Part shown: positions 19,901 to 31,244 of the stretch, piece by piece
How the letters are laid out: every line of letters begins with the position of its first letter
Position numbering within the stretch: the stretch's first letter is position 1
Origin: Calditrichia bacterium
GTDB lineage: Bacteria > Calditrichota > Calditrichia > JAJRVZ01
Direction: 5' to 3'
DNA length: 64,000 nt
NCBI GenBank assembly: GCA_963777955.1
Contig: CAVZSQ010000001.1
Span: 96,001 to 160,000 of the forward strand
Notes under the pieces: generated by a model
What the model was told of the DNA's origin: nothing
The model's database searches: none
The model's input: only the letters and a program-made list of their open reading frames with translations
Translations under genes and position numbers: made by a program

Positions 19901-21052
19901 ATGTTGTATCTTAATCGAAACCAGGTTGGTAAAAAAACATTGTGGACCGTTGGCGGAATTTATGCACTGATTGCACTTGAATTTCTTTATATGGCTACCC
20001 CGTTTGCCGCATTTTTCTATTCGGTATACAGTCCGATTCTGAATTTTACCAACCGCTACCCGTCATTGGCCTGGCTGAACAGTACGTTTTTACCTCATGT
20101 TGTCCAGGATACTTCATCTTCATTACTTAACCTGCGTGTACCTATCGGCATTGTACTTTTTATCACGGGTATACTCGGTTTTACTATCGGTGCCGTTCAG
20201 ATCTATTATACCAAAATATTCCGCAAGACAGCAGTATTGGGTGGCTTGTACCGCTTCATACGTCATCCGCAGTACCTGTTTCTGATGATCTGGGGATTAG
20301 GACTGGTACTGCTATGGCCGAGGAAAATTGTACTCATATTTTATGTGACAATGATATTTATTTATTACCGTTTAGTCTGCCTCGAGGAGAAGGAGTGCGA
20401 ACGGAAATTCGGAGAGGAGTATAAAAGATATAAAAATAAAACGGGTATGTTTTTTCCGGCAAATCTGGTCCCGAAAATCAAATTAACTGAAAATCCCCTC
20501 TTGAAACGGGCAGGACATCTGCCTGTTATAATAATATATATTCTGACTATCACCCTGACCGTCATGCTATCCTGGCTTGCCGGCAGCTGGTCTAGAAATC
20601 AACTGTACGCGTTTTATACACCGGATGCAGTTTATATTTCAATAACAAAGATTAATGAGCAGTCCGGAAAAGACATTATTGAAAAGGTTCTGGCTGATCC
20701 GCAGGTGCAAAAAAGGCTGTCACAGGAGAATAATTTCAAGAATACCAAATATATCAATTATATCCTTCCAGCTGATATGTATATGCTGGAGATTCCGATG
20801 AATTCTCCGAGAAATGGGCTATATGTGCATTATTTATCTCCTGTACATTCAGCAGAAAAGATTAAAATAATCTTTACACAGGCAGAAATAAGAGGCAACA
20901 GAGAAGTCCACGGCCGTGAAATATTAGAGCATGTTGCCGGCCTTAAGGCGGTTATGGAAGTGTACATTGATTTAATACAAAAAAATATAATAGAAATTAA
21001 AAATCCACCAGTTAACGCGGCACTGAAAGATATCACTATGCCGTTGTATTGA
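19901..21052 (+). CDS. ICMT/PEMT-family membrane methyltransferase with C-terminal extension
   Basis: GGLYRFIRHPQY, EEKECERKFGEEYKRYK..TGMFFP; GGAGGA RBS. Confidence 0.8.
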   Translation: MLYLNRNQVGKKTLWTVGGIYALIALEFLYMATPFAAFFYSVYSPILNFTNRYPSLAWLNSTFLPHVVQDTSSSLLNLRVPIGIVLFITGILGFTIGAVQIYYTKIFRKTAVLGGLYRFIRHPQYLFLMIWGLGLVLLWPRKIVLIFYVTMIFIYYRLVCLEEKECERKFGEEYKRYKNKTGMFFPANLVPKIKLTENPLLKRAGHLPVIIIYILTITLTVMLSWLAGSWSRNQLYAFYTPDAVYISITKINEQSGKDIIEKVLADPQVQKRLSQENNFKNTKYINYILPADMYMLEIPMNSPRNGLYVHYLSPVHSAEKIKIIFTQAEIRGNREVHGREILEHVAGLKAVMEVYIDLIQKNIIEIKNPPVNAALKDITMPLY

Positions 21053-21071
21053 ACAAATGCAACCAGTTCTC

Positions 21072-21117
21072 CTCGACTTGCTTCGGCGTCGCTCAGCACA
21101 GGCCGCCCGACGACCGG
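21072..21117. repeat. Interrupted copy of the 4437 repeat arm
   Basis: CTCGACT + 24-nt insert + CCGCCCGACGACCGG versus CTCGACTCCGCTCGACGACCGG at 4437. Confidence 0.6.
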
Positions 21118-21136
21118 GAGTGCATATTAAATATGT

Positions 21137-22584
21137 TTATTTGAGTATTTCGAATGGCTCGTCGAATACGGTTTTATCTATACTGAAATAGTATCTGCCT
21201 TCCTGTTTTGGCACTGAGGCAGGAGGTAAAACAAACGAGGCGACATAACTGGCAATTAATTCATTAGTGAACAGATTGTAAACGGAAATCTCATCCGCCG
21301 TGACCTGGATAAGGTATTTCTCACCCTGATATGTTTTGTGCGGCAGAATTTCATTGAATTTCTTGCTGACATAACCGGGGAAATGCAGGTTTGCATGATT
21401 CAGAAGATACTCCTGCATCAGAAAATAATATCTCTGACCATCTTGAAAAACATTGACGGAGTCATTTTCGATAATTATTTGGGCTTGTGCTGGCGGCTGT
21501 TCGAGTGAAATTAATTCCCGTTTCAGTGATTTGGATACAAACAGGCGGAATAAAGAATTTGCTGGTAATTCTGTAGCCTGAATTTGCCTGACAGATGGAT
21601 CATTAGATTCACCATTATGGTTCCGGTATAGTTTAAGAAAATAATCGGTGCCTTTTGTTTCTAAAAGAAACCTCGTATACAATCCGGCCACGGGGTAACT
21701 GAGCGAAGCATCCAGTTGCAGGAATTCCTGCCGGTTGAGCAGAGCAACCGGATCTACAAATTGTGCATTGATTAAGAAATACCCAATCGGTAAGACAACC
21801 TGCCTGTTCAGCCCTCCCCGGCCGCCATAAGCTACAGCCAATCCTTCCTGCAGAAAAGGATGAGTGTAAAGCGAAAGATGACGCAATTTATAATTGATCA
21901 GGAGGTGTAGTAACTCATGATAATGTGTATTATATGTTGTAATTACAGCATCATAAGCCAGGCTATACATACCCCGGGTGCGAAAACCTGTAATTCGTTC
22001 GATTTCATCTTCGTCCCGGCAAAGATAGTAGTATATTTTATTATCCTGCAGAGTCCGCATCTCCGGCTGATTAAAACCAAGCATAGTGGCCATGTCCGAC
22101 ACGAAGAGCTCAAGTTGGCGGATACAGTAAGAATTAAAAAGGGTTGTATCGCTGAGTACGAATCTAAAATATTTACTCTCCCTGGTCCACCAGCGCCTGG
22201 AAAAATAAGTGAATGGAGAAATTGCTCGTTGATTTTTAAAATAGAAATCCCTGGACAACGAATATTTTCAAACCGAAGCAGGAGGTGAGTATAACCTTGT
22301 TCCATTGTGTCCAGTGTGATTGAATACTGCAAGCGTTTTTGTTTAATCAACTGTCTAAGACTGTCTTCCAGGTCATAGGAAATTAGATTCTTACAAACCA
22401 CTCCCTGATATTCAATTCCCAGCCGGTGTGCTGTCGACAAACTGTTTTCATCAAACCATGAATTCATTGAATCCGGATTCCAGATCAGATCATGAACAAA
22501 ATGCTCAGCATCGTTTCTGGTGAGTGTCTGAGCATTTAAGGAAAGACTGACCAGCAGCAGGGGAATAAAGACCCTGGATATCAT
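21137..22584 (-). CDS. Exported hypothetical protein, possible zincin metallopeptidase; frameshift near 22260
   Basis: Signal peptide in ORF 21943-22584; HELLH plus downstream FLQEGLAV (gluzincin-like) in ORF 21137-22258. Confidence 0.6.
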
Positions 22585-22585
22585 T

Positions 22586-23868
22586 TTACCTTTTTCCTCT
22601 GGCTTCCATGTAAAGTTGAGTGAATTTAAGTCTGTATTGGTATGGATTTTTAAGTTCTACATGTACGAATCCGCTCCTGACCAGGTGGGCATTAAGAAAA
22701 GTACGGTTCTTAAGATATACATAGGCCGAGCGCCGCCGCCGAAGGTCTGAATCGTCATCCATATCTTTTTCGAATTTCAGGTATACTTGCTGGCCTTTGG
22801 TTTTGTCCTGTAAAAAATTAATAGCCTGCTTACGCTGCCGGGGATCCTCGACTACGCCGAGTAGATGAATTAGGGAACCATTACTGAGTTTGATTTTTTC
22901 CGGACTGATGATTTCCTTTATTCTGAAATATTTTATTTGACTGCCGGGATCGTGAGATAGAAAATCCTTTTCGTCAAGTTTGTGGGATCAATAAACCGGT
23001 AGGGAAGTGCAGCCAGACTTGCTGCGAAATTCACTTTTTTTTGTGAAGCTGTCAGAAATTCATAGCTGGCCTGTGCGGAAGTATTCTTATTTGTGATATT
23101 CAGTTTATTTTTTATAACAGGGATAAAATCGGAATTAACCTCATAACCGATCGAATTTCTTTCTAAATTTCTGGCTGCCAGCGTCGTAGTACCACTGCCT
23201 AAAAAGGGATCGAGCACAGTATCACCACTGAAAGAAAACATGCGGATCAGGCGATGGGGCAATTCCAGCGGAAACATGGCCAGATGTATATCCTGTTTCT
23301 CTCCGGCAAATTTCCAGTGTCCGGCAAAATATGTATTCCAGTCTACTGTACTTAATTTTGATTTCTCTTTGATATCTTTGCTGACTTTGGGAGGTTGACC
23401 CGGCTTTTTAAAGATCAGAATGAATTCATAATCGATTTTTAATATGCCGTTGCGGGGATAAGGAAAAGAACCCATGACAGTGGCCCCGCCGCTGGTGTTC
23501 GTAGTGGTGATCTTCTGCCAGATAATCGCCCCCATGTAGTCCATGCCGATAGTCTCGCAGAATTTTATGATCTCCGTACGGATAGGAATGACCTTGTAAC
23601 GGCCGTAATAGACCGAACGGGCAAACTGGTCGCCGATATTTATACACATGCGGCAACCTTTGTGCAGAACTCGGAAACACTCCTGCCAGACCAGGTTCAG
23701 GTTATTGATATAATTTTCATAAGAATCATGAAATCCTATCTGTCGCCTGTTTCCGTAATCTTTGAGTTGCCAGTAAGGCGGGGAAGTGATGACCAGGTGG
23801 ACCGATTCATCGGCCATAAGGTTCATCCGGCGTGAATCTCCGGTTATGACTTTATGATGCGTGATCAT
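22586..23868 (-). CDS. N4-C/N6-A DNA methyltransferase (beta class) fused to thermonuclease (SNase)-like domain; frameshift near 22985
   Basis: TSPPY precedes DPFLGSGTT; the alternative frame continues to TAA at 22586 with IKEIISPEKIKLSNG..IHLLGV...FL..KTKGQQVYLKF...AYVYLKNRTFLNAHLVRSG. Confidence 0.85.
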
Positions 23869-24515
23869 AATTGCTGTATAATCGCACCGGCGGTTGTCAC
23901 AAAAGCAAATCCGAAAGCAACATTAAGCAAACTGGCCAGATGCATCTCTGCGGTGATACTTCCGGTAGCATCGGCCAGGAAAAATACCCGGTAATCCCGA
24001 TAATAGGCATCACGTGTAGTTGACTCGCAGCACATGTTGGTCATGATACCGGAAATAACCAGATCTTCAATTTTGAAACAGCGCAGCACGGTTTCCAGGT
24101 CAGTGTTGTAGAAAGCCGAATAACGATGTTTTATAATAACTTTTTCACCGGGCAGCGGTGCAATTTCAGCAGGTATTTCGCTTTCCGGACTCCCTTCCAG
24201 GCACATTCCTTCCCACCACCACTGCATAATACCCGCATCCGACAAATTGGGATGATGAACATGCCGGGAATAAATTACCGGACGCCCGGCTTTCCGGAAA
24301 GCAGCCTGTAACCGTTTTACAGTCGGTAAAATTGCCGGTCCCCCGCAGGTAAAAGTAGGTGAATCCGGATTCAGGAAAAAGCGCTGCATATCGACGATAA
24401 GCAGGGCGGCCTTGTCTTTATTGAGTTGCATTCTATGCCGGTTGAAGGGTGCGATTTCATTAAGCCACTGCTGTGTTGCACTGGCCAGGTTCTCGGCTGT
24501 GACATATGGTTTCAT
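23865..24515 (-). CDS. Isochorismatase/cysteine hydrolase family protein
   Basis: LLIVDMQ, KHRYSAF, GIMTNMCCESTTRDA (Asp-Lys-Cys triad). Confidence 0.92.
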   Translation of the reverse strand: MKPYVTAENLASATQQWLNEIAPFNRHRMQLNKDKAALLIVDMQRFFLNPDSPTFTCGGPAILPTVKRLQAAFRKAGRPVIYSRHVHHPNLSDAGIMQWWWEGMCLEGSPESEIPAEIAPLPGEKVIIKHRYSAFYNTDLETVLRCFKIEDLVISGIMTNMCCESTTRDAYYRDYRVFFLADATGSITAEMHLASLLNVAFGFAFVTTAGAIIQQL

Positions 24516-24530
24516 ATATTGTTTTTATCC

Positions 24531-24893
24531 TTACCTGGCGAAAATCATTTTGAGGGAAATGAGCAGCAGCGCTACTCCGAAGATCTTTTCCAGAACTATA
24601 CTAGGCAAACCGGTAGCGAATTTTGCGCCAAAAAAACTACCGATAAAGAAGCCTGCGGCCAGCAGAGCAGCAACTCGCAGATCCACAAAACCTTGCTTAT
24701 AATACGTCCAGGCTGCCAGGATTCCGATAGGCGGAACCAGCATCGCCAGGGTAGTGCCCTGGGCCTGGTGCTGCGTAAATCCGAAGAGAAAAATCAGCAC
24801 GGGCACAATGATCACCCCTCCGCCGATGCCGATTAATCCGCTTAAAATACCTGCTAAAATGCCTAAAATTAAATAAGATATAAAAGTACTCAT
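24531..24893 (-). CDS. TauE/SafE (TSUP) family half-size membrane protein
   Basis: G.LAG.LSGLIGIGGGVIIVP.L, QH.AQGTTLA. Confidence 0.88.
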   Translation of the reverse strand: MSTFISYLILGILAGILSGLIGIGGGVIIVPVLIFLFGFTQHQAQGTTLAMLVPPIGILAAWTYYKQGFVDLRVAALLAAGFFIGSFFGAKFATGLPSIVLEKIFGVALLLISLKMIFAR

Positions 24894-25082
24894 ATTCCCA
24901 ATCCTCATCTGCCAGGCAGGTTTAATGTAAACAGATTAAAGCTGATTTAAAGTTGTCTTAGTATTATCACGGGAATTTTTAATTAATATAACTAAAAATA
25001 TTTCAGGCCTTACGCACAATGTTGCCGGCAATGACAACTGCACAAAGTTTTTAATCGGTCATTGCTGGTATAGAAAAAGGCT

Positions 25083-25661
25083 TTAGTGCTCTGGCTGCTG
25101 ATGGCCTGATTCGGATCCGCTTATGGCTTTATGCAGATTTTCAATAAAATGCATGAAGGTAACATAGGCTTCAACATATTCTCTTCCGGCTTCAACACTG
25201 CTATTCGCCTGTTTCTTTTTCTCAATAACATCAGAGAATAATTTATTTATTCTTTTCGCTGTTTCATTATTGAGATCTTCGATCAGTTCATCAATTTTGC
25301 CTGTAGTCAGTGACTGATCGGACATTGCGACAATCGGCTCAACCGGTGTTGATTTTAAACCTGTATATGCTTCCCCTTCACCGGCACGGTGTAATCTGAC
25401 CAGAGTCTCAAAAAAATACAAATCAGCCAGTTCTTTTGCCTCGCTGCTTTTTACTCTGACCAGTAATGTCTTTTTGAATAACTCTGTGATCTGCTGTTCA
25501 TTTTCCGGTTTTAACCATTTAAGCACAGGAGTCACATCCCCTTTTTCCAGAGCATTCCTGGCATCTTTTATCACCGGCCCTGCGAAAGTATCACAGTGAG
25601 CACGGACAGTTACTGGTATCAGCAGTGCTGCAATCATAAGGATAACTATGCAATACTTCAT
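25083..25661 (-). CDS. Exported conserved protein (DUF6448-like)
   Basis: Signal peptide; AHCDT..GPV, ADLYFFETLVRLHRAGEG..YTGLK, GREYVEAYV.F.H. Confidence 0.8.
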   Translation of the reverse strand: MKYCIVILMIAALLIPVTVRAHCDTFAGPVIKDARNALEKGDVTPVLKWLKPENEQQITELFKKTLLVRVKSSEAKELADLYFFETLVRLHRAGEGEAYTGLKSTPVEPIVAMSDQSLTTGKIDELIEDLNNETAKRINKLFSDVIEKKKQANSSVEAGREYVEAYVTFMHFIENLHKAISGSESGHQQPEH

Positions 25662-25680
25662 GGCGAATTCTCCCGGGGTG

Positions 25681-27368
25681 TTATTTCAGTAAAATGATTT
25701 TTTTGGTCAGATCATAATTTCCGGCCTGCAGGCGGTAGAAGTAAAGACCGCTGGGCATATTCAGCGCGTCCCATTCTTGAAGGTGCTGGCCAGCCGGCAG
25801 TTGTCCGGACACCAGCGTTGAAACCTCTCTGCCTAAAAGATCGTAGATCTTTAAAGTGACAAATAATCGGGAGGGCAGGGTAAAAGAAATCATTGTCGAG
25901 GCGTTGAACGGATTGGGATAGGCCTGTTCTAAGATCACCTGAGTTGGCAGCAGGCCGGATGAACCGGGATCCCCGATTGCTGTTGGATTGGTATCCACAA
26001 CAAGTGTATCCGACGTGCATTTGTAACCGTTCAAAAACGTGTGCACATAGTACTTGTAAATTCTGCCGATCCTGATGGATTCAAAAGGTGGGGAAAAGGT
26101 GCTGCCGGCCTGATACCCTGTCATGGCACTGAGTCCGGCGCTGCTGGAAATACGGTGCAGCATTTGCAATCCGGCCGAACTGTCCGGCCAGTGTACAGTA
26201 ATCGTATACCTTATATTGGATCCGCTTGTTCCAATCCTTTTTGCGGTCAGTACCGGGGCATGGGCACCATTGCTCACTTTGAGTGCCTGCAGTTCGGCAA
26301 CCGCTACAGTGTCACCGGCGGGATAACTCGCACCGGAAACGGTCAGACGGAGATAACGGGCGCTGACCGGGACAATTTTTTCATGAACAATGGCGGCGGT
26401 ATCGGTCCTGGCCGACCGGTCCAGAGCCGGCAGCCAGGTACTTGAATCTTCCGATGCTTCCACCAGGAATTTATACCCCACTCTGGAGGCCGTCCCGAAT
26501 TTTAACCGGATCAGATCAAGGATTTGAATCGAATCAAGATCCACCACCGCACTTGCCGGAAATCCCGTCGTTTTCCAGAACGTCAAGTCATCTTCGTCTA
26601 CCAGGTTGGCTGGACCATAAACGGACGGGATCGAGCGATCCGCTTCCGGCGACTGCACTGCCGGCCGCGGCATTGATATCTTCAACCTGGACGATTGGAT
26701 TGCCGGTCAGGGTTGAATAGAACAATTCTGCCATAAGGGCCAAACCGACTGCATTGGGATGAATTCCATCGGGAATAAGGTCGGAATGAGTTGACATGTA
26801 AGTATAAAAATCTATTACCGGACAACCTTTGTCCGCGGCAACCTGTTGAATCATGGGAATAATGTCGGTGACAATGATCGAATCATTAATATCGTAAGCC
26901 GAACTGAAAGCAGGCGGTGGAAGACATAACCATACTACCGGATTGCTGGATAATGTCCGGAAGGTATCGACCATCGCCTTGTAATCATTGACGAATTCAC
27001 CCTTATGATCGTCCCAGTTAAAGTACTTGCTGTCATTGGTGCCCAGCATAATAGTCACAATGTTCGGATTAAAATTAAGAGCGTCCTTAAAAAGTTGTTC
27101 ATTCCAGATGGGAAAATCGCCATTACGTAACATGGTACGTCCCGATACACCACAATTTTTCACCGACCAGCCATCCCCCAGGAACTTGCCAAGTTGTGCA
27201 GGATAACCATATATCGCAGGATCACCAGCTGCCGAACCTTCGGTGATACTGTTACCCACACAGGTCTACCCGGATTATATCGGTTTGGGCCTGCACGGGC
27301 ATCGTTATCATGCTACTAATTATTAAAAACAGTGAGCAGGTTAAAAGGACAAAGATTCGCTTTGACAT
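25681..27368 (-). CDS. GDSL/SGNH esterase + F5/8 type C (discoidin) domain + C-terminal sorting domain; frameshifts near 27265 and 26630
   Basis: CVGNSITEG, N.GVSGRT, MLGTNDS, DGIHPN; discoidin-like middle; AYPNPFN...SGLYFYRL. Confidence 0.85.
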
Positions 27369-27584
27369 TTTTGTCTTCCTTTCCGGGTATTAAATTTGAT
27401 CATATAATTAATAGGTATTAAAAGTATTTTGTCATCGATTGATTAAATGCTTTTTAAAATACATATTCCCGGGTAAATGATCAATAACTTCTTCACTGAG
27501 CTTGGTCTTTCCAATCTTCTATAATTATCATACAGACCGCTTCTTTAACTGCTTCAAAAAATTGATTTGGTATTCCTTTCCGGG

Positions 27585-28400
27585 TCAGCCTGTTTTCAAT
27601 CCTTCGGCCCAGGAAACAGCGTACCACAAGGAAGCATCTGGTTTTTGCCGCCAGGTACCGAAGAAGTTTACAATCCGGTCAAATTTTGGTGCTTCAAACA
27701 AGTTTTGCTCCAAAATTTTTGCCCGGGCCCCGCTGATAACTGCAACCAGGTTATCGACATAGACATTAAAATTCTCAGCGCCGCTGCAACTGCCAAAAAA
27801 TATCCAGCTATTACGGGTGGGTGCAGCGCCTGCCTGGTACAGCAGAGTGACGAGTTTTTTACCTATGATAGGATCATTGCCGCTGTTGATATAGGTCCGC
27901 ATGTAGACTTTCCATAAAGCAGCGAGTCCGGGAATAACCGGATGCACACGCAGGATTTCATGATCATCATCAGCCAGGACAATACGGCCCCCTTTTTTAA
28001 CGGCAATTACCATCTGCTTCACTACATTCAGGGGATCGGGAACATGTTCCAGCAGAAAACGGGTAAAGACAACATCGAATGTGCCCCATTCCTGCTCCCG
28101 AAGCGGCAAATGCCGGGCATCACCCTGGCGGAATTCGATCAGTTTATCTTCTGATGATTTCCTGGCCTGCTGCAGTGCTTCATTAATTTGTTCCTTGCTT
28201 CTTTCTATGCCGAGTACCACCGTTCCGGCTTCTTTAGCCATAGCCCGCGAGAACTGACCAAGACCGCTGCCCACATCGAGGATCTTTTCTCCGCCTTGTA
28301 AAGATAACTCTTTTAAACAGGCCTGATTGAGCAGAATAGTATTTAACAAGGTCAGACGCTGCTGTTCTTCAGAACTGGTTCCGTGAATGTAATGTGACAT
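27585..28400 (-). CDS. Class I SAM-dependent methyltransferase
   Basis: YIHG...EQ.RL, ILDVGSGLG, FD.V..RFLLEHV.DP. Confidence 0.9.
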   Translation of the reverse strand: MSHYIHGTSSEEQQRLTLLNTILLNQACLKELSLQGGEKILDVGSGLGQFSRAMAKEAGTVVLGIERSKEQINEALQQARKSSEDKLIEFRQGDARHLPLREQEWGTFDVVFTRFLLEHVPDPLNVVKQMVIAVKKGGRIVLADDDHEILRVHPVIPGLAALWKVYMRTYINSGNDPIIGKKLVTLLYQAGAAPTRNSWIFFGSCSGAENFNVYVDNLVAVISGARAKILEQNLFEAPKFDRIVNFFGTWRQKPDASLWYAVSWAEGLKTG

Positions 28401-28432
28401 TTATGTTACCTGTGTTAGTTTACTGTTTTAAT

Positions 28433-29104
28433 TCAGTCTTTTTGTTTTCCTGGTAATAGAAAGGAAGTTTTATCTTTGTAGGCCAAATAGGATGCGCCGA
28501 AGCGGAACTCCAATTCACGTTCTTCATAAACTTTGAGAAAGAAAATCAAGGCCGGTGCAATCAGCAAGACAACCCAAATTATATAAACAAGAGACTGGAA
28601 ATATATACCTGCCGAAACCAGCGCTGCTAATGTACATAAAACCATTGGATTTCTGGTGTAAGAATACATCCAGCGATTGGCCAGACGCCTGCTTAAAGCG
28701 ATGGCAAAAGGTGCCCCGAATCCACTGATGGCAAGATTTAATACAGTCAAAGCCAGAAAAAATCCGGTTATGTATAGTAAAGTAAGTCCGATCCCAAGCG
28801 GTAGCGGTATGAGTTTATCTGACCATACTGAAAAAAGTTTGACCGAGGCGATGATAGAAGCACCGAAGAGAATCATCAGCACCATGTGCAGAATGCTTGT
28901 TGTCCAGGCAAAACGGTCAGGGGCAGGTTTCCGGTCAACTATTTTCCTTGCGGCCCAGACAACAGGAAAAACCAATGTAATCGGAATAATCAAGATGAGT
29001 GATGTACCAAAACGATTGAAATCATGAGATTGAACTATTCGCCAAACAGCCAGTGTGAAGAAAAAACCAATAAAACGAAAAATATTAAGCAGGGCAGTTT
29101 TCAT
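28433..29104 (-). CDS. ICMT/PEMT-family membrane methyltransferase
   Basis: Y.YTRNPM, EERELEFRFG.SY..YK..T.FLLP. Confidence 0.8.
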   Translation of the reverse strand: MKTALLNIFRFIGFFFTLAVWRIVQSHDFNRFGTSLILIIPITLVFPVVWAARKIVDRKPAPDRFAWTTSILHMVLMILFGASIIASVKLFSVWSDKLIPLPLGIGLTLLYITGFFLALTVLNLAISGFGAPFAIALSRRLANRWMYSYTRNPMVLCTLAALVSAGIYFQSLVYIIWVVLLIAPALIFFLKVYEERELEFRFGASYLAYKDKTSFLLPGKQKD

Positions 29105-29227
29105 ATTTCCTTTCCTGTACTTAAATTCCGGTTTGCAATATTAATATACCACATACTCTGGAATATCGCAGCTGATCCATTTGTTTTATTAAATTAAATA
29201 TATGTTAATTTTGGTGATGACGACTGA

Positions 29228-30478
29228 ATGAACTCAACAGGCAGCGCACAAGATCAAAAATCTAATCAAATTATGTATCTTATCTGGTTCACGATCGTAT
29301 TTTTGGTTTTAAGTCTCGGCTATGCTTATCTAGGCTGGCGACTTATCGTCCCGATAAGACTCGGATCGCCATGGAATATACTGATCTGGACCGGCCTGGC
29401 TGTTTTATTGATACTTCCGCTGCTGTCGACATTGCTGATACGCCATTACGAAAAAATGACCGATCCATTGTCCTGGATTGCCTATGTGGGACTGGGGTTT
29501 ATTTCTTTCATCATCACTCTATTGCTGGCCCGTGATATTTTCTGGCTGCTATGGTCGGGACTGGAAAAAGGATACACCCTGGTACATAATCTTTTTTCTG
29601 CGACTTCGGTTGAATCACCCTCGGATCCAGCGCGGAGAGATTTCCTGCTGCAAATGACCAATCTGGCTGTAGTCGGTATTTCTGCCACACTTACAGCCTA
29701 CGGTATTTTTGAAGCACGGCGAAAACCGGGGATTGTCAGGATCACTGTACCTATCCATGGACTTGACCACAATTTACATGGATACAGGATTGTACAGATC
29801 ACCGACCTTCATGCCGGTTTGACCGTCAGGCGGAACTGGATTGAAACAATCGTCGCCGAGGTGCAGACCTTACGGCCTGATCTGATCGCCTTTACCGGTG
29901 ATTTGGCTGATGGCACTGTTGCGCATCTCTCGGCTGATGTTGCACCCTTCGGAAAATTACAGGCCGCCGGCGGAAAATATTTTGTCACCGGCAACCATGA
30001 ATACTTTACCGCTGTAAGGCCCTGGCTCGAGGAGATAAAACACCTGGGATTTGATGTACTTATTAATGAACACCGGGTGATCAGGCATAACGGTTGCTCA
30101 TTTGTGTTAGCTGGTGTAACGGATTCCATTGCTGAACATTTCCTGCCAGAGCATAAACCTGATCTGGAGGCTTCGCTCCGCGGTGTTCCGGCAGCGACTG
30201 TTCGAATTCTGCTGGCGCACCAGCCGCATACGCTGTACCAGGCAAATAAACTGGGATTTGATCTGGTCATCAGCGGGCATACGCACGGTGGACAGTTCTT
30301 CCCCTGGAATTTTGCTGCCGCGATCGGTCAACCGTATATATCGGGATTGCACTGTTATAACGGGACCTGGATCTATGTAAGCAAAGGAACAGGTTACTGG
30401 GGACCGCCGGTCCGTGTAGGTGCCCGTTCCGAAATCACGGTTATCACACTGGAACAAGGAATTGAACAAAAAACATGA
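29228..30478 (+). CDS. Membrane-anchored metallophosphoesterase
   Basis: N-terminal TMs; DLH, TGDLAD, GNHE, LAHQP, SGHTHGGQ, G.GYWGPP.R. Confidence 0.92.
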   Translation: MNSTGSAQDQKSNQIMYLIWFTIVFLVLSLGYAYLGWRLIVPIRLGSPWNILIWTGLAVLLILPLLSTLLIRHYEKMTDPLSWIAYVGLGFISFIITLLLARDIFWLLWSGLEKGYTLVHNLFSATSVESPSDPARRDFLLQMTNLAVVGISATLTAYGIFEARRKPGIVRITVPIHGLDHNLHGYRIVQITDLHAGLTVRRNWIETIVAEVQTLRPDLIAFTGDLADGTVAHLSADVAPFGKLQAAGGKYFVTGNHEYFTAVRPWLEEIKHLGFDVLINEHRVIRHNGCSFVLAGVTDSIAEHFLPEHKPDLEASLRGVPAATVRILLAHQPHTLYQANKLGFDLVISGHTHGGQFFPWNFAAAIGQPYISGLHCYNGTWIYVSKGTGYWGPPVRVGARSEITVITLEQGIEQKT

Positions 30479-30491
30479 AAGGAAAATAATT

Positions 30492-31182
30492 ATGTCTAAG
30501 AATATAGGGATACTCGGAACCGGCGTAGTGGCTCAAGCCATTGCCGGCAAATTGAACGAACTGGGGTACTCAATCACCATCGGTACCCGCGATGTAGCCA
30601 AAACACTGGCATTTACGGAACGCAATCAGTATGGTGGTCCACCTTTCGCTGAATGGCATCAGCAGTACAAGATGATAAAACTGGGTACCTTTTCAGACGC
30701 AGCTCAATTCGGTGATATTATTTTTAATTGTATAAAAGGGGATGCTGCGTTGGAAGCATTAAAACTGCTGGGAACAGATACGGTTCAGAAATAAAACAAT
30801 CATCGATATTTCTAATCCACTGGACTTTTCCAAGGGGATGCCTCCATCGCTGGTACCTGAATGGACTAACACCAATTCCCTGGGTGAGGAAATACAGGCG
30901 TTATTGCCTGGTGCCAATGTGGTCAAGACGTTGAATATCGTTAATTGTGAGGTCATGGTAGACGCAAAAAAATCGGGGGGTGATCCGACCATGTTCATCG
31001 CCGGCAACAACGCTCAGGCCAAGGAGGAAGTTAAAAAACTCCTGCGGCAGTTCGGCTGGAACGATATCATCGATCTGGGCGATATCAGCGGCGCCCGCGG
31101 TATGGAGATGTTGCTGCCGATCTGGCTGAGAGTCTGGGGTGCTACCAGGAACGGGCATTTTGGATTTAAAATTGTACGATAA
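30492..31182 (+). CDS. F420-dependent NADP oxidoreductase-like dinucleotide-binding enzyme; frameshift near 30785
   Basis: GILGTGVVA, IGTRD, DISNPLDFS.GMPP, SLGEEIQ, VVKTLN, IDLGDI..ARG.E. Confidence 0.85.
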
Positions 31183-31207
31183 TCCTTGATTTAATAATAG
31201 AATAAAT

Positions 31208-31234
31208 TCCCGCTGTAATTTCCCGGCAGCGGGC
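31208..31234. terminator. Possible bidirectional terminator between convergent genes
   Basis: CCCGCTG...CAGCGGG stem followed by short T run. Confidence 0.4.
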
Positions 31235-31244
31235 TTTAGAACGA

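Noticed and set aside
25023..25068. Structured ncRNA downstream of the DUF6448-like gene
   Set aside because: Single stem (CCGGCAATGAC/GTCATTGCTGG) with a large loop; no family consensus recognised, likely a 3' UTR hairpin
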